DNA of 64,000 bases from Macrostomum hystrix (lineage: Eukaryota > Animalia > Platyhelminthes). The notes below the pieces were generated by a model. That model searched no databases. It saw only the letters and a program-made list of their open reading frames with translations, and was not told the DNA's origin. Location: assembly GCA_950097015.1 (NCBI GenBank), contig CATNEN010000003.1:15066001-15130000 (forward strand), written 5' to 3'. The position numbers and the translations under genes were made by a program. Numbering within the stretch: the stretch's first letter is position 1; every line of letters starts with the position of its first letter. Shown piece after piece: positions 1 through 12,404 of the stretch.

Positions 1-609
1 CCGAGTTTAAAATCCTTATCTGAATTTAAAACTCGAATTTAAATTAAGAAATCAGCCTTAGTTTCAAATACCAATCTTAACCTGAAATCCTAATTTCAAA
101 TCCTTATCTGTCAGGTTTTATTGAGAAATGTATATCCATCCAGGTAAGCATGTTTGCGTCCAACCTTTCCACTTATTCTAGCTAGGCTCAGTATGTTTTA
201 TTTAATACCAGATTTTCATTGCGACTAAGACACTCAAACGAATATTGGCAGGGTTAAGTGGAGTGAATGCTTCAACTGGCTTCTATGCTCAGTAAACTAC
301 TCACTTCTACTTAACTCAATCCACTCTCTAGCTTATACTTAATGTAGTTGCTATGCTGGCCATACTAAGCATTAGCTTCCGCCACCAACAAATTGATTGA
401 TTGCATCGGATAGTTAATTGTTTCGTTTCGTCTGAGATTCTACTAGAAATAAGTAATTTCTTCCCTCGTCCAGGTTGCCTTTAAGTCATATCTACCTATT
501 GAGTAGGTCCATATCGGAAAATTTGAAATGCAAAATAATGTTTGCTCATTAGAAAGTATTTATTTGCACACTTGACTATAATGTAGCATAAAATGCATTT
601 TAATCCTAA

Positions 610-880
610 TCTTATGATTCTAAAATCCCAATCTAAGATTCCTGAAATCCGAATCTTTTATTCCTGAAATCCCAATCAAGGATTCCTTAAATTCCAATCG
701 AGGATTCCTAAAATCCCAATCAAGGATTCATGAAATCCCAATCGAGGATTCCTGAAATCCCAATCAAGGATTCATGAAATCCCAATCGAGGATTCCTGAA
801 ATCCCAATCAAGGATCGCTGAAATACCTACCTCGGATTCTTGAAACCTTAATCTAGGAATTCCTAAATCCCAATCTAGGA
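610..880. repeat. Degenerate ~22-bp minisatellite (TTCCTGAAATCCCAATCRAGGA)
   Basis: About 10 imperfect tandem copies. Confidence 0.8.
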
Positions 881-1299
881 GAAAAATGACTGAACATTGC
901 TATAAGCTTCAGTCAGAATACACAGAAAGAAGTGATGTAAAAAAACACAAAAAACCAGATCGATCGATAAGGATTTTTTTGAAGCGTCGATGACAGACCC
1001 GCGTCAATAACTTTGGTGCCGAAATGAGACACACAGCATGTGTTTAGGTTGCATTCACTTTCATCACTAATGGTGCCTCTTGGCATAGTTGTACTAATTG
1101 CATTCCATCTATACTCAAACAGTATTGCAGATGTAACTAAAGTTTTGAGTTTTGAGGTCGATGAAAAACGCCAAGATCTGTGTCCTTTGAGAAGTAACAA
1201 TCCACAAGTACACACTCAAGACACTGTTAGGAAAGATCAGCTATATGATTAGCTAGTAACATTTTTTATGATTTGAATACTGAAATGAGAAAAAATTAT

Positions 1300-4200
1300 G
1301 CCAAAACCAATCTCATAAAGGATCCCAAGACCAATCTCATAAAGGATCCCAAGACCAATCTCATAAAGGATCCCAAGACCAATCTCATAAAGGATCCCAA
1401 GACCAATCTCATAAAGGATCCTAAGACCAATCTCATAAAGGATCCCAAGACCAATCTCTTAAAGGATCCCAAGACCAATCTCTTAAAGGATCCCAAGACC
1501 AATCTCTTAAAAGATCCCAAAACGAATCTCGCTAAAGATCCCAAAACCAATCTCTTAAAAGATCCCAAAACCAATCTCTTAAAAGATCCCAAAACCAATC
1601 TCTTAAAAGATCCCAAAACCAATCTCGCTAAAGATCCCAAAACCAATCTCTTAAAGGATCCCAAGACCAATCTCTTAAAGGATCCCAAGACCAATCTCTT
1701 AAAGGATCCCAAAACCAATCTCTTAAAAGATCCAAAAACCAATCTCTTAAAAGATCCCAAAACCAATCTCATAAAAGATCCCAAAACCAATCGCATAAAA
1801 AATCCCAAAACCAATCTCTTAAAAGATCCCAAGACCAATCTCTTAAAGGATCCCAAGACCAATCTCTTAAAGGATCCCAAGACCAATCTCTTAAAGGATC
1901 CCAAGACCAATCTCTTAAAGGATCCCAAAACCAATCTCTTAAAAGATCCAAAAACCAATCTCTTAAAAGATCCCAAAACCAATCTCATAAAAGATCCCAA
2001 AACCAATCGCATAAAAAATCCCAAAACCAATCTCATAAAAGATCCCAAAACCAATCTCATAAAAGATCTCAAAACCAATCTCTTAAAGGATCCCAAGACC
2101 AATCTCTTAAAAGATCCCAAAACCAATCTCTTAAAGGATCCCAAGACCAATCTCTTAAAAGATCCCAAAACCAATCTCTTAAAAGATCCCAAAACCAATC
2201 TCGCTAAAGATCCCAAAACCAATCTCTTAAAAGATCCCAAAACCAATCTCTTAAAAGATCCCAAAACCAATCTCGCTAAAGATCCCAAAACCAATCTCTT
2301 AAAGGATCCCAAGACCAATCTCTTAAAGGATCCCAAGACCAATCTCTTAAAGGATCCCAAGACCAATCTCTTAAAGGATCCCAAGACCAATCTCTTAAAG
2401 GATCCCAAGACCAATCTCTTAAAGGATCCCAAAACCAATCTCTTAAAAGATCCCAAAACGAATCTCGCTAAAGATCCCAAAACCAATCTCTTAAAAGATC
2501 CCAAAACGAATCTCGCTAAAGATCCCAAAACCAATCTCTTAAAAGATCCCAAAACCAATCTCGCTAAAGATCCCAAAACCAATCTCTTAAAGGATCCCAA
2601 GACCAATCTCTTAAAAGATCCCAAAACCAATCTCTTAAAGGATCCCAAGACCAATCTCTTAAAAGATCCCAAAACCAATCTCTTAAAGGATCCCAAGACC
2701 AATCTCTTAAAAGATCCCAAAACCAATCTCTTAAAGGATCCCAAGACCAATCTCATAAAAGATCCCAAAACCAATCTCATAAAAGATCCCAAAACCAATC
2801 TCATAAAAGATCCCAAAACCAATCGCATAAAAGATCCCAAAACCAATCTCATAAAAGATCCCAAACCAATCTCATAAAAGATCCCAAAACCAATCTCATA
2901 AAAGATCCCAAAACCAATCTCATAAAAGATCCCAAAACCAATCTAATAAAAGATTCCAAAACCAATCTCATAAAAGATCCCAAAACCAATCTCATAAAAG
3001 ATCCCAAAACCAATCTAATAAAAGATTCCAAAACCAATCTCATAAAAGATTCCAAAACCAATCTAATAAAAGATCCCAAAACCAATCTCATAAAAAATCC
3101 CAAAACCAATCGCATAAAAGATCCCAAAACCAATCTCATAAAAGATCCCAAACCAATCTCATAAAAGATCCCAAAACCAATCTCATAAAAGATCCCAAAA
3201 CCAATCTCATAAAAGATCCCAATACCAATCTAATAAAAGATTCCAAAACCAATCTCATAAAAGATCCCAAAACCAATCTCTTAAAGGATCCCAAAACCAA
3301 TCTCTTAAAGGATCCCAAAACCAATCTCTTAAAGGATCCCAAGACCAATCTCATAAAAGATCCCAAAACCAATCGCATAAAAGATCCCAAAACCAATCTC
3401 TTAAAGGATCCCAAGACCAATCTCATAAAAGATCCCAAAACCAATCTCTTAAAGGATCCCAAGACCAATCTCATAAAGGATCCCAAGACCAATCTCTTAA
3501 AGGATCCCAAGACCAATCTCTTAAAAGATCCCAAGACCAATCTCTTAAAAGATCCCAAAACCAATCTCGCTAAAGATCCCAAAACAATCTCTTAAAAGAT
3601 CCCAAAACGAATCTCGCTAAAGATCCCAAAACCAATCTCATAAAAGACCCCAAAACCAATCTCATAAAAGATCCCAAAACCAATCGCATAAAGGATCCCA
3701 AGACCAATCTCATAAAGGATCCCAAGACCAATCTCATAAAGGATCCCAAGACCAATCTCTTAAAGGATCCCAAGACCAATCTCTTAAAAGATCCCAAAAC
3801 CAATCTCGCTAAAGATCCCAAAACAATCTCTTAAAAGATCCCAAAACGAATCTCGCTAAAGATCCCAAAACCAATCTCATAAAAGACCCCAAAACCAATC
3901 TCATAAAAGATCCCAAAACCAATCGCATAAAGGATCCCAAGACCAATCTCATAAAGGATCCCAAGACCAATCTCATAAAGGATCCCAAGACCAATCTCAT
4001 AAAGGATCCCAAGACCAATCTCATAAAGGATCCCAAGACCAATCTCTTAAAGGATCCCAAGACCAATCTCTTAAAAGATCCCAAGACCAATCTCTTAAAA
4101 GATCCCAAAACCAATCTCGCTAAAGATCCCAAAACAATCTCTTAAAAGATCCCAAAACGAATCTCGCTAAAGATCCCAAAACCAATCTCATAAAAGACCC

Positions 4201-5275
4201 CAAAACCAATCTCATAAAAGATCCCAAAACCAATCGCATAAAGGATCCCAAGACCAATCTCATAAAGGATCCCAAGACCAATCTCATAAAGGATCCCAAG
4301 ACCAATCTCTTAAAGGATCCCAAGACCAATCTCTTAAAAGATCCCAAAACCAATCTCGCTAAAGATCCCAAAACAATCTCTTAAAAGATCCCAAAACGAA
4401 TCTCGCTAAAGATCCCAAAACCAATCTCATAAAAGACCCCAAAACCAATCTCATAAAAGATCCCAAAACCAATCGCATAAAGGATCCCAAGACCAATCTC
4501 ATAAAGGATCCCAAGACCAATCTCATAAAGGATCCCAAGACCAATCTCATAAAGGATCCCAAGACCAATCTCATAAAGGATCCCAAGACCAATCTCATAA
4601 AGGATCCCAAGACCAATCTCTTAAAGGATCCCAAAAACAATCTCTTAAAAGATCCCAAAACGAATCTCGCTAAAGATCCCAAAACCAATCTCTTAAAAGA
4701 TCCCAAAACGAATCTCGCTAAAGATCCCAAAACCAATCTCTTAAAAGATCCCAAAACCAATCTCTTAAAAGATCCCAAAACCAATCTCTTAAAAGATCCC
4801 AAAACCAATCTCTTAAAAGATCCCAAAACCAATCTCTTAAAAGATCCCAAAACCAATCTCTTAAAAGATCCCAAAACCAATCTCGCTAAAGATCCCAAAA
4901 CCAATCTCTTAAAGGATCCCAAGACCAATCTCTTAAAGGATCCCAAGACCAATCTCTTAAAAGATCCCAAAACCAATCGCATAAAAGATCCCAAAACAAA
5001 TCTCATAAAAGATCCCAAAACCAATCTCATAAAAGATCCCAAAACCAATCTAATAAAAGATCCCAAAACCAATCTCATAAAAGATCCCATAACCAATCTC
5101 ATAAATGATCCCAAACCAATCGCATAAAAGATCCCAAACCAATCTCATAAAAGATCCCAAACCAATCTCATAAAAGATCCCAAAACCAATCTAATAAAAG
5201 ATCCCAAAACCAATCTCATAAAAGATCCCATAACCAATCTCATAAATGATCCCAAACCAATCTCGTTGAACATCC
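1300..5275. repeat. 24-bp minisatellite (GATCCCAAAACCAATCTCWTAAAR), ~165 copies with higher-order blocks
   Basis: Direct inspection. Source of the spurious DPKTNLLK ORFs. Confidence 0.97.
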
Positions 5276-5854
5276 CAAAACTCATATGTTTCAGGATCCT
5301 AAAAATCTTAACGATCTTAAAAACCAACTTGGCTAGGATTACTAAGAAAGTTTTCAGCATTATTTGAAGCACAATTACTAATCCATTATCGCATTTCCAA
5401 AAAATTACTTCTCGGAGAGAGCAGAAATCAAGTTGTCGAATTTGATCCAGGGGTTAAGTATACTCATATTTGGCTTATAGTGGTGGAGTAAGTATAACGA
5501 GCACACTCTCGCCTCGATGTGACAATTCTCACACCCCAAGGGACGGCTTTGACCGGCCTGATCATTAGGACGAAAAAAGATAGGAAAAAGTATAGTAGCT
5601 AGCTAGCTGTGTATGATAGCTGCTACTGTAATATAGGGCAATTACGTGCTAAATGGCATGCAAGTATTAGCTTCAGCTTAGTGTGCCAGCCGATGATGTC
5701 GAGTTTTTTTCCTCACCAAACGGAAAGAAAATTAAAAAAATCCCCAGATTTCAAGACAGAAATAATTACACAATTCATCATGAATACCAATGCATCTGAG
5801 CTGTAAGGATAATTACAAAGATATGTTCTTATTTCTTTAAGAAACGTGCTTCTA

Positions 5855-7565
5855 TTATCTCAAACTCTACCCTATCAATCTCTTAGAATCTCGAACTCTG
5901 CTCTATCAATCTCTTAGAATCTCGAACTCTGCTCTATCAATCTCTTAGAATCTGAAACTCTACTCTATCAATCTCTTAGAATCTCAAACTCTGCTCTATC
6001 AATCTCTTAGAATCTCGAACTCTGCTCTATCAATCTCTTAGAATCTCGAACTCTGCTCTATCAATCTCTTAGAATCTCGAACTCTACTCTATCAATCTCT
6101 TAGAATCTCGAACTCTGCTCTATCAATCTCTTAGAATCTGAAACTCTACTCTATCAATCTCTTAGAATCTCAAACTCTGCTCTATCAATCTCTTAGAATC
6201 TCAAACTCTGCTCTATCAATCTCTTAGAATCTCGAACTCTGCTCTATCAATCTCTTAGAATCTCGAACTCTACTCTATCAATCTCTTAGAATCTCGAACT
6301 CTGCTCTATCAATCTCTTAGAATCTGAAACTCTACTCTATCAATCTCTTAGAATCTCAAACTCTGCTCTATCAATCTCTTAGAATCTCGAACTCTGCTCT
6401 ATCAATCTCTTAGAATCTCGAACTCTGCTCTATCAATCTCTTAGAATCTGAAACTCTACTCTATCAATCTCTTAGAATCTCAAACTCTGCTCTATCAATC
6501 TCTTAGAATCTTGAACTCTACTCTATCAATCTCTTAGAATCTGAAACTCTACTCTATCAATCTCTAAGAATCTGAAACACTACTCTATCAATCTCTTAAA
6601 CTCTCAAACTCTACTCTATCAATCTCTTAGAATCTCAAACTCTGCTCTATCAATCTCTTAGAATCTCAAACTCTGCTCTATCAATCTCTTAGAATCTCGA
6701 ACTCTGCTCTATCAATCTCTAAGAATCTGAAACTCTACTCTATCAATCTCTTAAACTCTCAAACTCTACTCTATCAATCTCTTAGAATCTGAAACTCTAC
6801 TCTATCAATCTCTAAGAATCTGAAACTCTAGTCTATCAATCTCTTAAACTCTCAAACTCTACTCTATCAATCTCTTAGAATCTCAAACTCTGCTCTATCA
6901 ATCTCTTAGAATCTTAAACTCTACTCTATCAATCTCTCAGAATCTGAAACTCTACTCTATCAATCTCTTAGAATCTGAAACTCTACTCTATCAATCTCTT
7001 AGAATCTGAAACTCTACTCTATCAATCTCTTAGAATCTCAAACACTACTCTATCAATCTCTTAGACTCTCAAACTCTGCTCTATCAATCTCTTAGAATCT
7101 CAAACACTACTCTATCAATCTCTTAGACTCTCAAACTCTGCTCTATCAATCTCTTAGAATCTGAAACTCTACTCTATCAATCTCTTAGTATCTGAAACTC
7201 TACTCTATCAATCTCTTAGTATCTGAAACTCTGCTCTATCAATCTCTTAGAATCTCGAACTCTGCTCTATCAATCTCTTAGAATCTGAAACTCTACTCTA
7301 TCTATATCTTAGAATCTCAAACTCTACTCTATCAATCTCTTAGAATCTCAAACACTACTCTATCAATCTCTTAGAATCTCAAACACTACTCTATCAATCT
7401 CTTAGACTCTCAAACTCTGCTCTATCAATCTCTTAAACTCTCAAACTCTACTTTATCAATCTCTTAGAATCTCAAACTCTGCTCTATTAATCTCTTAGAA
7501 TCTCGAACGCTGCTCTATCAATCTTCAAGAAACTCAAACTCTACTTTGATAATCTCCTAGAATCT
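5855..7565. repeat. 31-bp minisatellite (CTCTRCTCTATCAATCTCTTAGAATCTCRAA)
   Basis: Period of 31 verified (5881 to 5912). Confidence 0.97.
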
Positions 7566-7612
7566 CAGTGATTTTTTACCCTACTATGCAAGTAACAGGA
7601 AGCAAAACTCAC

Positions 7613-7729
7613 CTTTGACAGTAGCGGTTCGCTTGCAATTGTATAGAATAGCCAGTTCGCCAAACACTGTTCCAGAGCTAATCTCGTTGATTTTGTCACC
7701 TTTTGTGTTGGTGACTTCTGCGCTACCCT
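7613..7729 (-). CDS. PRKG1: PKG common exon, phosphate-binding cassette of CNB-A
   Basis: Acceptor tttcag|AG. Encodes EGSAEVTNTKGDKINEISSGTVFGELAILYNCKRTATVK (FGELAILYNCxRTA, the cGMP-selective PBC). Donor G|GTGAGT. Confidence 0.93.
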
Positions 7730-8147
7730 CTGAAATGAGATTGTTTGTAAAAAAATACTTTAAGATGCGGAATTACAAGAGTACATTCACTTTCTATTTT
7801 GGGGACTAATGGATCTAGACTTCATATTCTAATTCTTCCCCTATAAATAAGCTAAAAATCAACTTTGAAGGCTTTCAGTTTAATTAGAATTAATAAGGAA
7901 ACACATTGGTATTAAAATATTATATGTGCAATAATTTTTAAAGTACTTTTTACTGAAATTTTACAGAAACTGACGGGAGTCCTAATTTTAGTCGATAGTA
8001 AACAATTTGTGAACAATTTACATAGTGTACACAAACTGAAAGCTAGCGTTAAAATCTAATTGGCTGTGGCTAGTCACGTGCTAGCTTCTATGGGGTTCCC
8101 CAAAATTGTTGCTAAAAATAGTCCGACAATGGACCAATCAGGCTCAC

Positions 8148-8314
8148 CCTCCATTACGTAGACTAGAGAGCCAATCTCGCCCAGTTTAATAATGAGAGCG
8201 TTGGGCTTGTGCGCCATCGGGTACATGTAGTCGATGATTTCGCTAATCTGAGCATTCTCCAGATTCTTCATGAATGCGTTCTCTAGAATCGCTCGCCGAA
8301 TTAGGTCGCGAGTT
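8148..8314 (-). CDS. PRKG1: PKG common exon, start of cGMP-binding domain A
   Basis: Acceptor ccacag|A. Encodes TRDLIRRAILENAFMKNLENAQISEIIDYMYP...IIKLGEIGSLVYVME (cf. PKG1 LIKEAILDNDFMKNLE...GSLVYVME). Donor G|GTGAGC, phase 1. Confidence 0.93.
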
Positions 8315-8466
8315 CTGTGGAATTCAGGGAATTTGATGATTAATTAGGCTAAAAGTAATTGCTACGAAATTAAAAGCACACTCATAAACATTACATCATA
8401 CAAATTTCTTTAACAAAAATAAATCCTAACAAAAACAACAACGATCTCATTAACGATATACTTCTA

Positions 8467-8590
8467 GAGGTTGTAGCCCAGTATTTAGAGCTCAGACGTC
8501 CTGAGTTCGAATCTGAGCTTTGCGTCCTTAAGCAAGACACGTGTATCATTCCCAATTGTTTCAGTTCACGCAGTTGTAAAATCGGTAACG
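8467..8590 (+). mobile_element. Degenerate SINE family B fragment
   Basis: GGTTGTAGCCCAGT...GAGTTCGAATC...GCGTCCTTAAGCAAGACAC resembles the head and core of the 54.7-55.0 kb element. Confidence 0.55.
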
Positions 8591-8636
8591 TAAATTTCAG
8601 TCCATGCACTGAACAGCTGAACAGTGCCTTTGGAAG

Positions 8637-9519
8637 CGTGTCTGGTAGTCCAACCTGAAGAAATATGTGTCTTAGTCCAACCTGAAGACGGTGTGTCTGG
8701 TAGTCCAACCTGAAGAAAGATGTGTCTTAGTCCAACCTGAAGAAAGATGTGTCTTAGTCCAACCTGAAGAAAGATGTGTCTTAGTCCAACCTGAAGAAGG
8801 TGTGTCTGGTAGTCCAACCTGAAGAAAGATGTGTCTGGTAGTCCAACCTGAAGAAAGATGTGTATAGTAGTCCAACCTGAAGAAAGATGTGTCTTAGTCC
8901 AACCTGAAGAAAGATGTGTCTGGTAGTCCAACCTGAAGAAAGATGTGTATAGTAGTCCAACCTGAAGAAAGATGTGTCTTAGTCCAACCTGAAGAAGGTG
9001 TGTCTTAGTCCAACCTGAAGACGGTGTGTCTGGTAGTCCAACCTGAAGAAAGATGTGTATAGTAGTCCAACCTGAAGAAAGATGTGTCTTAGTCCAACCT
9101 GAAGAAAGATGTGTCTTAGTCCAACCTGAAGAAAGATGTGTCTTAGTCCAACCTGAAGAAAGATGTGTCTTAGTCCAACCTGAAGAAGGTGTGTCTGGTA
9201 GTCCAACCTGAGAAAGGTGTGTCTGGCAGTCCAACCTGAGAAAGATGTGTCTGGCAGTCCAACCTGAGGAAGGTGTGTCTGGCAGTCCAACCTGAGGAAG
9301 GTGTGTCTGGCAGTCCAACCTGAGGAAGGTGTGTCTGGCAGTCCAACCTGAGAAAGCTGTGTCTGGCAGTCCAACCTGAGGAAGGTGTGTCTGGCAGTCC
9401 AACCTGAGGAAGGTGTGTCTGGCAGTCCAACCTGAGGAAGGTGTGTCTGGCAGTCCAACCTGAGGAAGGTGTGTCTGGCAGTCCAACCTGAGGAAGGTGT
9501 GTCTGGCAGTCCAACCTGA
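8637..9519. repeat. 27-29-bp minisatellite (AGTCCAACCTGARGAARGWTGTGTCT..)
   Basis: Tandem copies with a polarised variant gradient. Confidence 0.95.
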
Positions 9520-9592
9520 AACATAGGCTCATTTCCCTTCAGCCAGTCTCAACTCCAGCTGAAGACCTGACAGTCATCCCTGACGCGCTAAC

Positions 9593-9906
9593 CTAGCCGG
9601 TTTCTCGCACGGTTTTACATCCGAATTGGCGAACTCTGCAGTGGATTCACCGCTAATAGCCACTCGTTTAGTTCTCGGCACGAGTTGACGCTCGAAAGAG
9701 GCCACACTCTGTAAACTGGCCGCGTGCTGGTCCGGCTGTTGCCGCGAAAGCAGAGCCTGCAATCTGCTAATCTCTTCTTGCAATTGTTCAATCATGGCGT
9801 CCTTGGCGTCTAGTTCAACTTCTAATTCGTCAATGATTTTATCGCGCTGTTTCACCTCCTCGATCTTCTGCTGAAGGGCCAGCTGGAGCTCGCGCAGAGT
9901 GCCCAT
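9593..9906 (-). CDS. PRKG1: cGMP-dependent protein kinase I, alternative first coding exon (I-beta-like)
   Basis: [36 protein letters not shown] closely matches the PKG I-beta N-terminus ([36 protein letters not shown]). [11 protein letters not shown] pseudosubstrate. Donor AG|GTTAGC at 9593/9592, phase 2. Confidence 0.92.
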
Positions 9907-10465
9907 TTTCTCTGCTTTCGAGTTTCTCTTCTTCTTCTTTATGAATTGTTTTACTTTTTTCAACAAAAAATCTAATCTACGTAGTAAAGCAGTTTTTTTA
10001 ACCACCAACTGCGTGGCAACCAGTTTAATGCAGCAGAAATATGGCCAGGCAAATGTTTCTTCTACCTATTAGAACAGATTTCATGAGCCTGTGACAAATC
10101 TCTTACCCTCGGCCTAACCCACCCTAGCAATCCCTACCTCAAGACAAGGCCTCCCAAACTCGATCCAATCGAGTGACTTGCTGTCTCCACAGTCTTCCCT
10201 ATCCGCTAGTTTTCTGTATTCCCCTACCAAGATATTACAGGGCTTGGTTCGCGATTAAACCTACCTATGCCTTATCTAAAACCTAGCTCCCAGGCCAGCC
10301 CTTCGACACAGAAACTCCAGAAAAAAAATAAAAATTTCTTCAAGAAGTTACTCAAATCCTATATGGCGCCGAATCGCTCCTAACAGCTCAATACTTAAAC
10401 TCATCTAGCTACTTCATTTTAAGTTATCGTGCGGGCAAGTGCCCTAGAACTAATATACTAACCTG

Positions 10466-11160
10466 GTATAGCTTTTGCCATTCAATCTCAGTGTTTTGTC
10501 ATTCATACTCAGCCCCCATAGAATTAATCCAGCCAGTTGGTGCGGTTTGGCCCATAAACTATCGCTCTGTGCCATTCAATCTCGGGTTTTGTCATTCAAA
10601 CTCAGGCTTTAATGTGGAGAAGGAATGTGGATAAGGAATGAACAGGTTATTATTCCTCAGCTCGGCTCATGTAACACAGGACCGAAAAACAGACTTCTTA
10701 AACTTGTTAAACATAATGCAGTTCATACACATTACAAGTCAAACACCTCTAGCATCATGGTGAGGAACATAAGGATTTGAGCGGAATTGTTAAAGTCATG
10801 GATCAGAACAATGACTCAGAGAAAAAGAATTTGCACCGTGGATACAGTCGGCTGCAGGCAATATCCCAGTTTGCGGCCTTCAGAGGCGTCAGGGTGTCCA
10901 GGCGCTCCATGTAAGCACATGGCCCATGTAAGTTGGGCCATGTAAGCAAATGCAATGGAAGAAATTTGTAATTTAGCTGTCTTTTGGAGGACTGCGTTTG
11001 AGAGACCGAGCTTATAAAGCCTGAGTTTGAATGACAAAACCCGAGATTGAATGGCACAGAGCGATAGTCTATGGGCCAAACCGCGCCAACTGGCTGGATT
11101 AATTCTATGGGGGCTGAGTATGAATGACAAAACACTGAGATTGAATGGCAAAAGCTATAC
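10466..11160. mobile_element. MITE-like non-autonomous DNA element with ~146-bp terminal inverted repeats
   Basis: 10466-10611 is the near-perfect reverse complement of 11015-11160. Each arm has two copies of GCCATTCAATCTC..GTTTTGTCATTCA. Non-coding core of ~400 bp. Confidence 0.8.
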
Positions 11161-11584
11161 TAAGCCACCAATATGTATATTTCAGGTGTTCGATATATTT
11201 TTTTCAAAGATTTAGTAGCGACAAGATCAGTGCTGACAGAAATTTCTTATCTTAACTGACTATCTCAACTAACAGAGGCCAGGTCGATGGATCTAGAACG
11301 AAGACTAGAATATAAGTATGTATTCGAAAAAATCAATAACTAAAATCATATAGAATACTTCCTTCTATTTCTGTTTTGCTGTCAATCAACTGTCTTGAAA
11401 ATATCCGATAAATGTTTATCCACTTGACTTCCCTAGGCAAACAGATAGCTTACAAACGAAGGCAGATGTTTTTGTTTAAACTAAACTGGTGATTGATGAC
11501 CTGTCAAATATTCAAATGTGCCAAAACCATCAAATTTAAAATAATATCCTTAAAATTTTGGATCTACGATTTTTTTATTTTAGG

Positions 11585-11905
11585 AATCCTAAATCCTAAG
11601 CTGATTCTAAACCTGATCCTAAAATTGATCCTAAACTTAATCCTAAACTTGATCCTAAACTTACCCTATACCTGATTATAATGCTGATCAAAAGATTGAT
11701 CCTAAACTTGATCCTAAACCTGATCTTAAACCTAATCCTAAACTAGATCCTAAACCTGATCCTGAACTTGATCCCTAAATTCATCCTAAAATTGATCCTA
11801 AACTTAACCCTAAACCTGATCCTAAACCTGATCCTGAACCTAATCCTAAACCTGATCCTAAATCTGATCCTAATCTTAATCCTGATCCTAAATCTGATCC
11901 TAATC
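11585..11905. repeat. 12-bp minisatellite (TGATCCTAAACC)
   Basis: Imperfect tandem copies. Confidence 0.85.
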
Positions 11906-12404
11906 CTTATCAACAACATGATCTATTTATTATTCATAACCCAAATGTCTACTAAACCCAACGAGAAATATAGAGAATGGTTCAGGAAGTGTTCTATAGT
12001 TCGTATATCACGTGTCTTGCCCATACTTGCACTATGGGCATAGGTCAATTTCTGAGCATGTTAGGTAACTAAGCCAGACTGGTCAAACTAGCTAGCCAAT
12101 CCATCAGGGTCGCAGTCACCTCGTCTGGCCCAGGCTAATTGGCAGTGTGAATTATTGATCAATATTTAAGGGAGAAATATATACGGGGGGGCAGGAAATG
12201 TTCTGGTCAGCTATAGGCAGTAAAGTTTTCTCGACTAGCCTAGAAGAAGGAGATGGTCTATGTGACTACAAGGCAGTAAAACCTAGATTTATGAATCATC
12301 TACCAATAATTTATGAATCATTGATATGTAATATAATATAATTATGTTACAGCTACGCAACGTAATTCAAATCTGTTATCTCCAAACCAAATCAATCCAA
12401 TCGA

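Noticed and set aside
1040-1252. 70-aa ORF with a hydrophobic N-terminus, possibly a nested gene
   Set aside because: Non-ATG start in the track, no recognisable domain and no convincing splice partner.
1273-5372. Long ORFs of (DPKTNLLK)n / (LVLGSFKR)n
   Set aside because: Translations of a 24-bp minisatellite, open on both strands, broken by 1-nt indels and located in a presumed PKG intron.
1-7612. Next PKG exon (expected ..LWAIDR..F..IMM)
   Set aside because: Searched the unique segments on the minus strand by eye and found no matching phase-1 exon. It is presumed to lie outside the window.
5855-9519. 28-39-bp regularly spaced repeats resembling CRISPR arrays (also 41.4 kb and 48.6 kb)
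   Set aside because: Units are head-to-tail with no unique spacers, there are no cas genes, and the context is eukaryotic introns.
9907-10008. N-terminal extension MVVKKTALL... of the ORF-track PKG exon
   Set aside because: It starts at a non-ATG codon. Homology to PKG I-beta begins exactly at the ATG at 9906.
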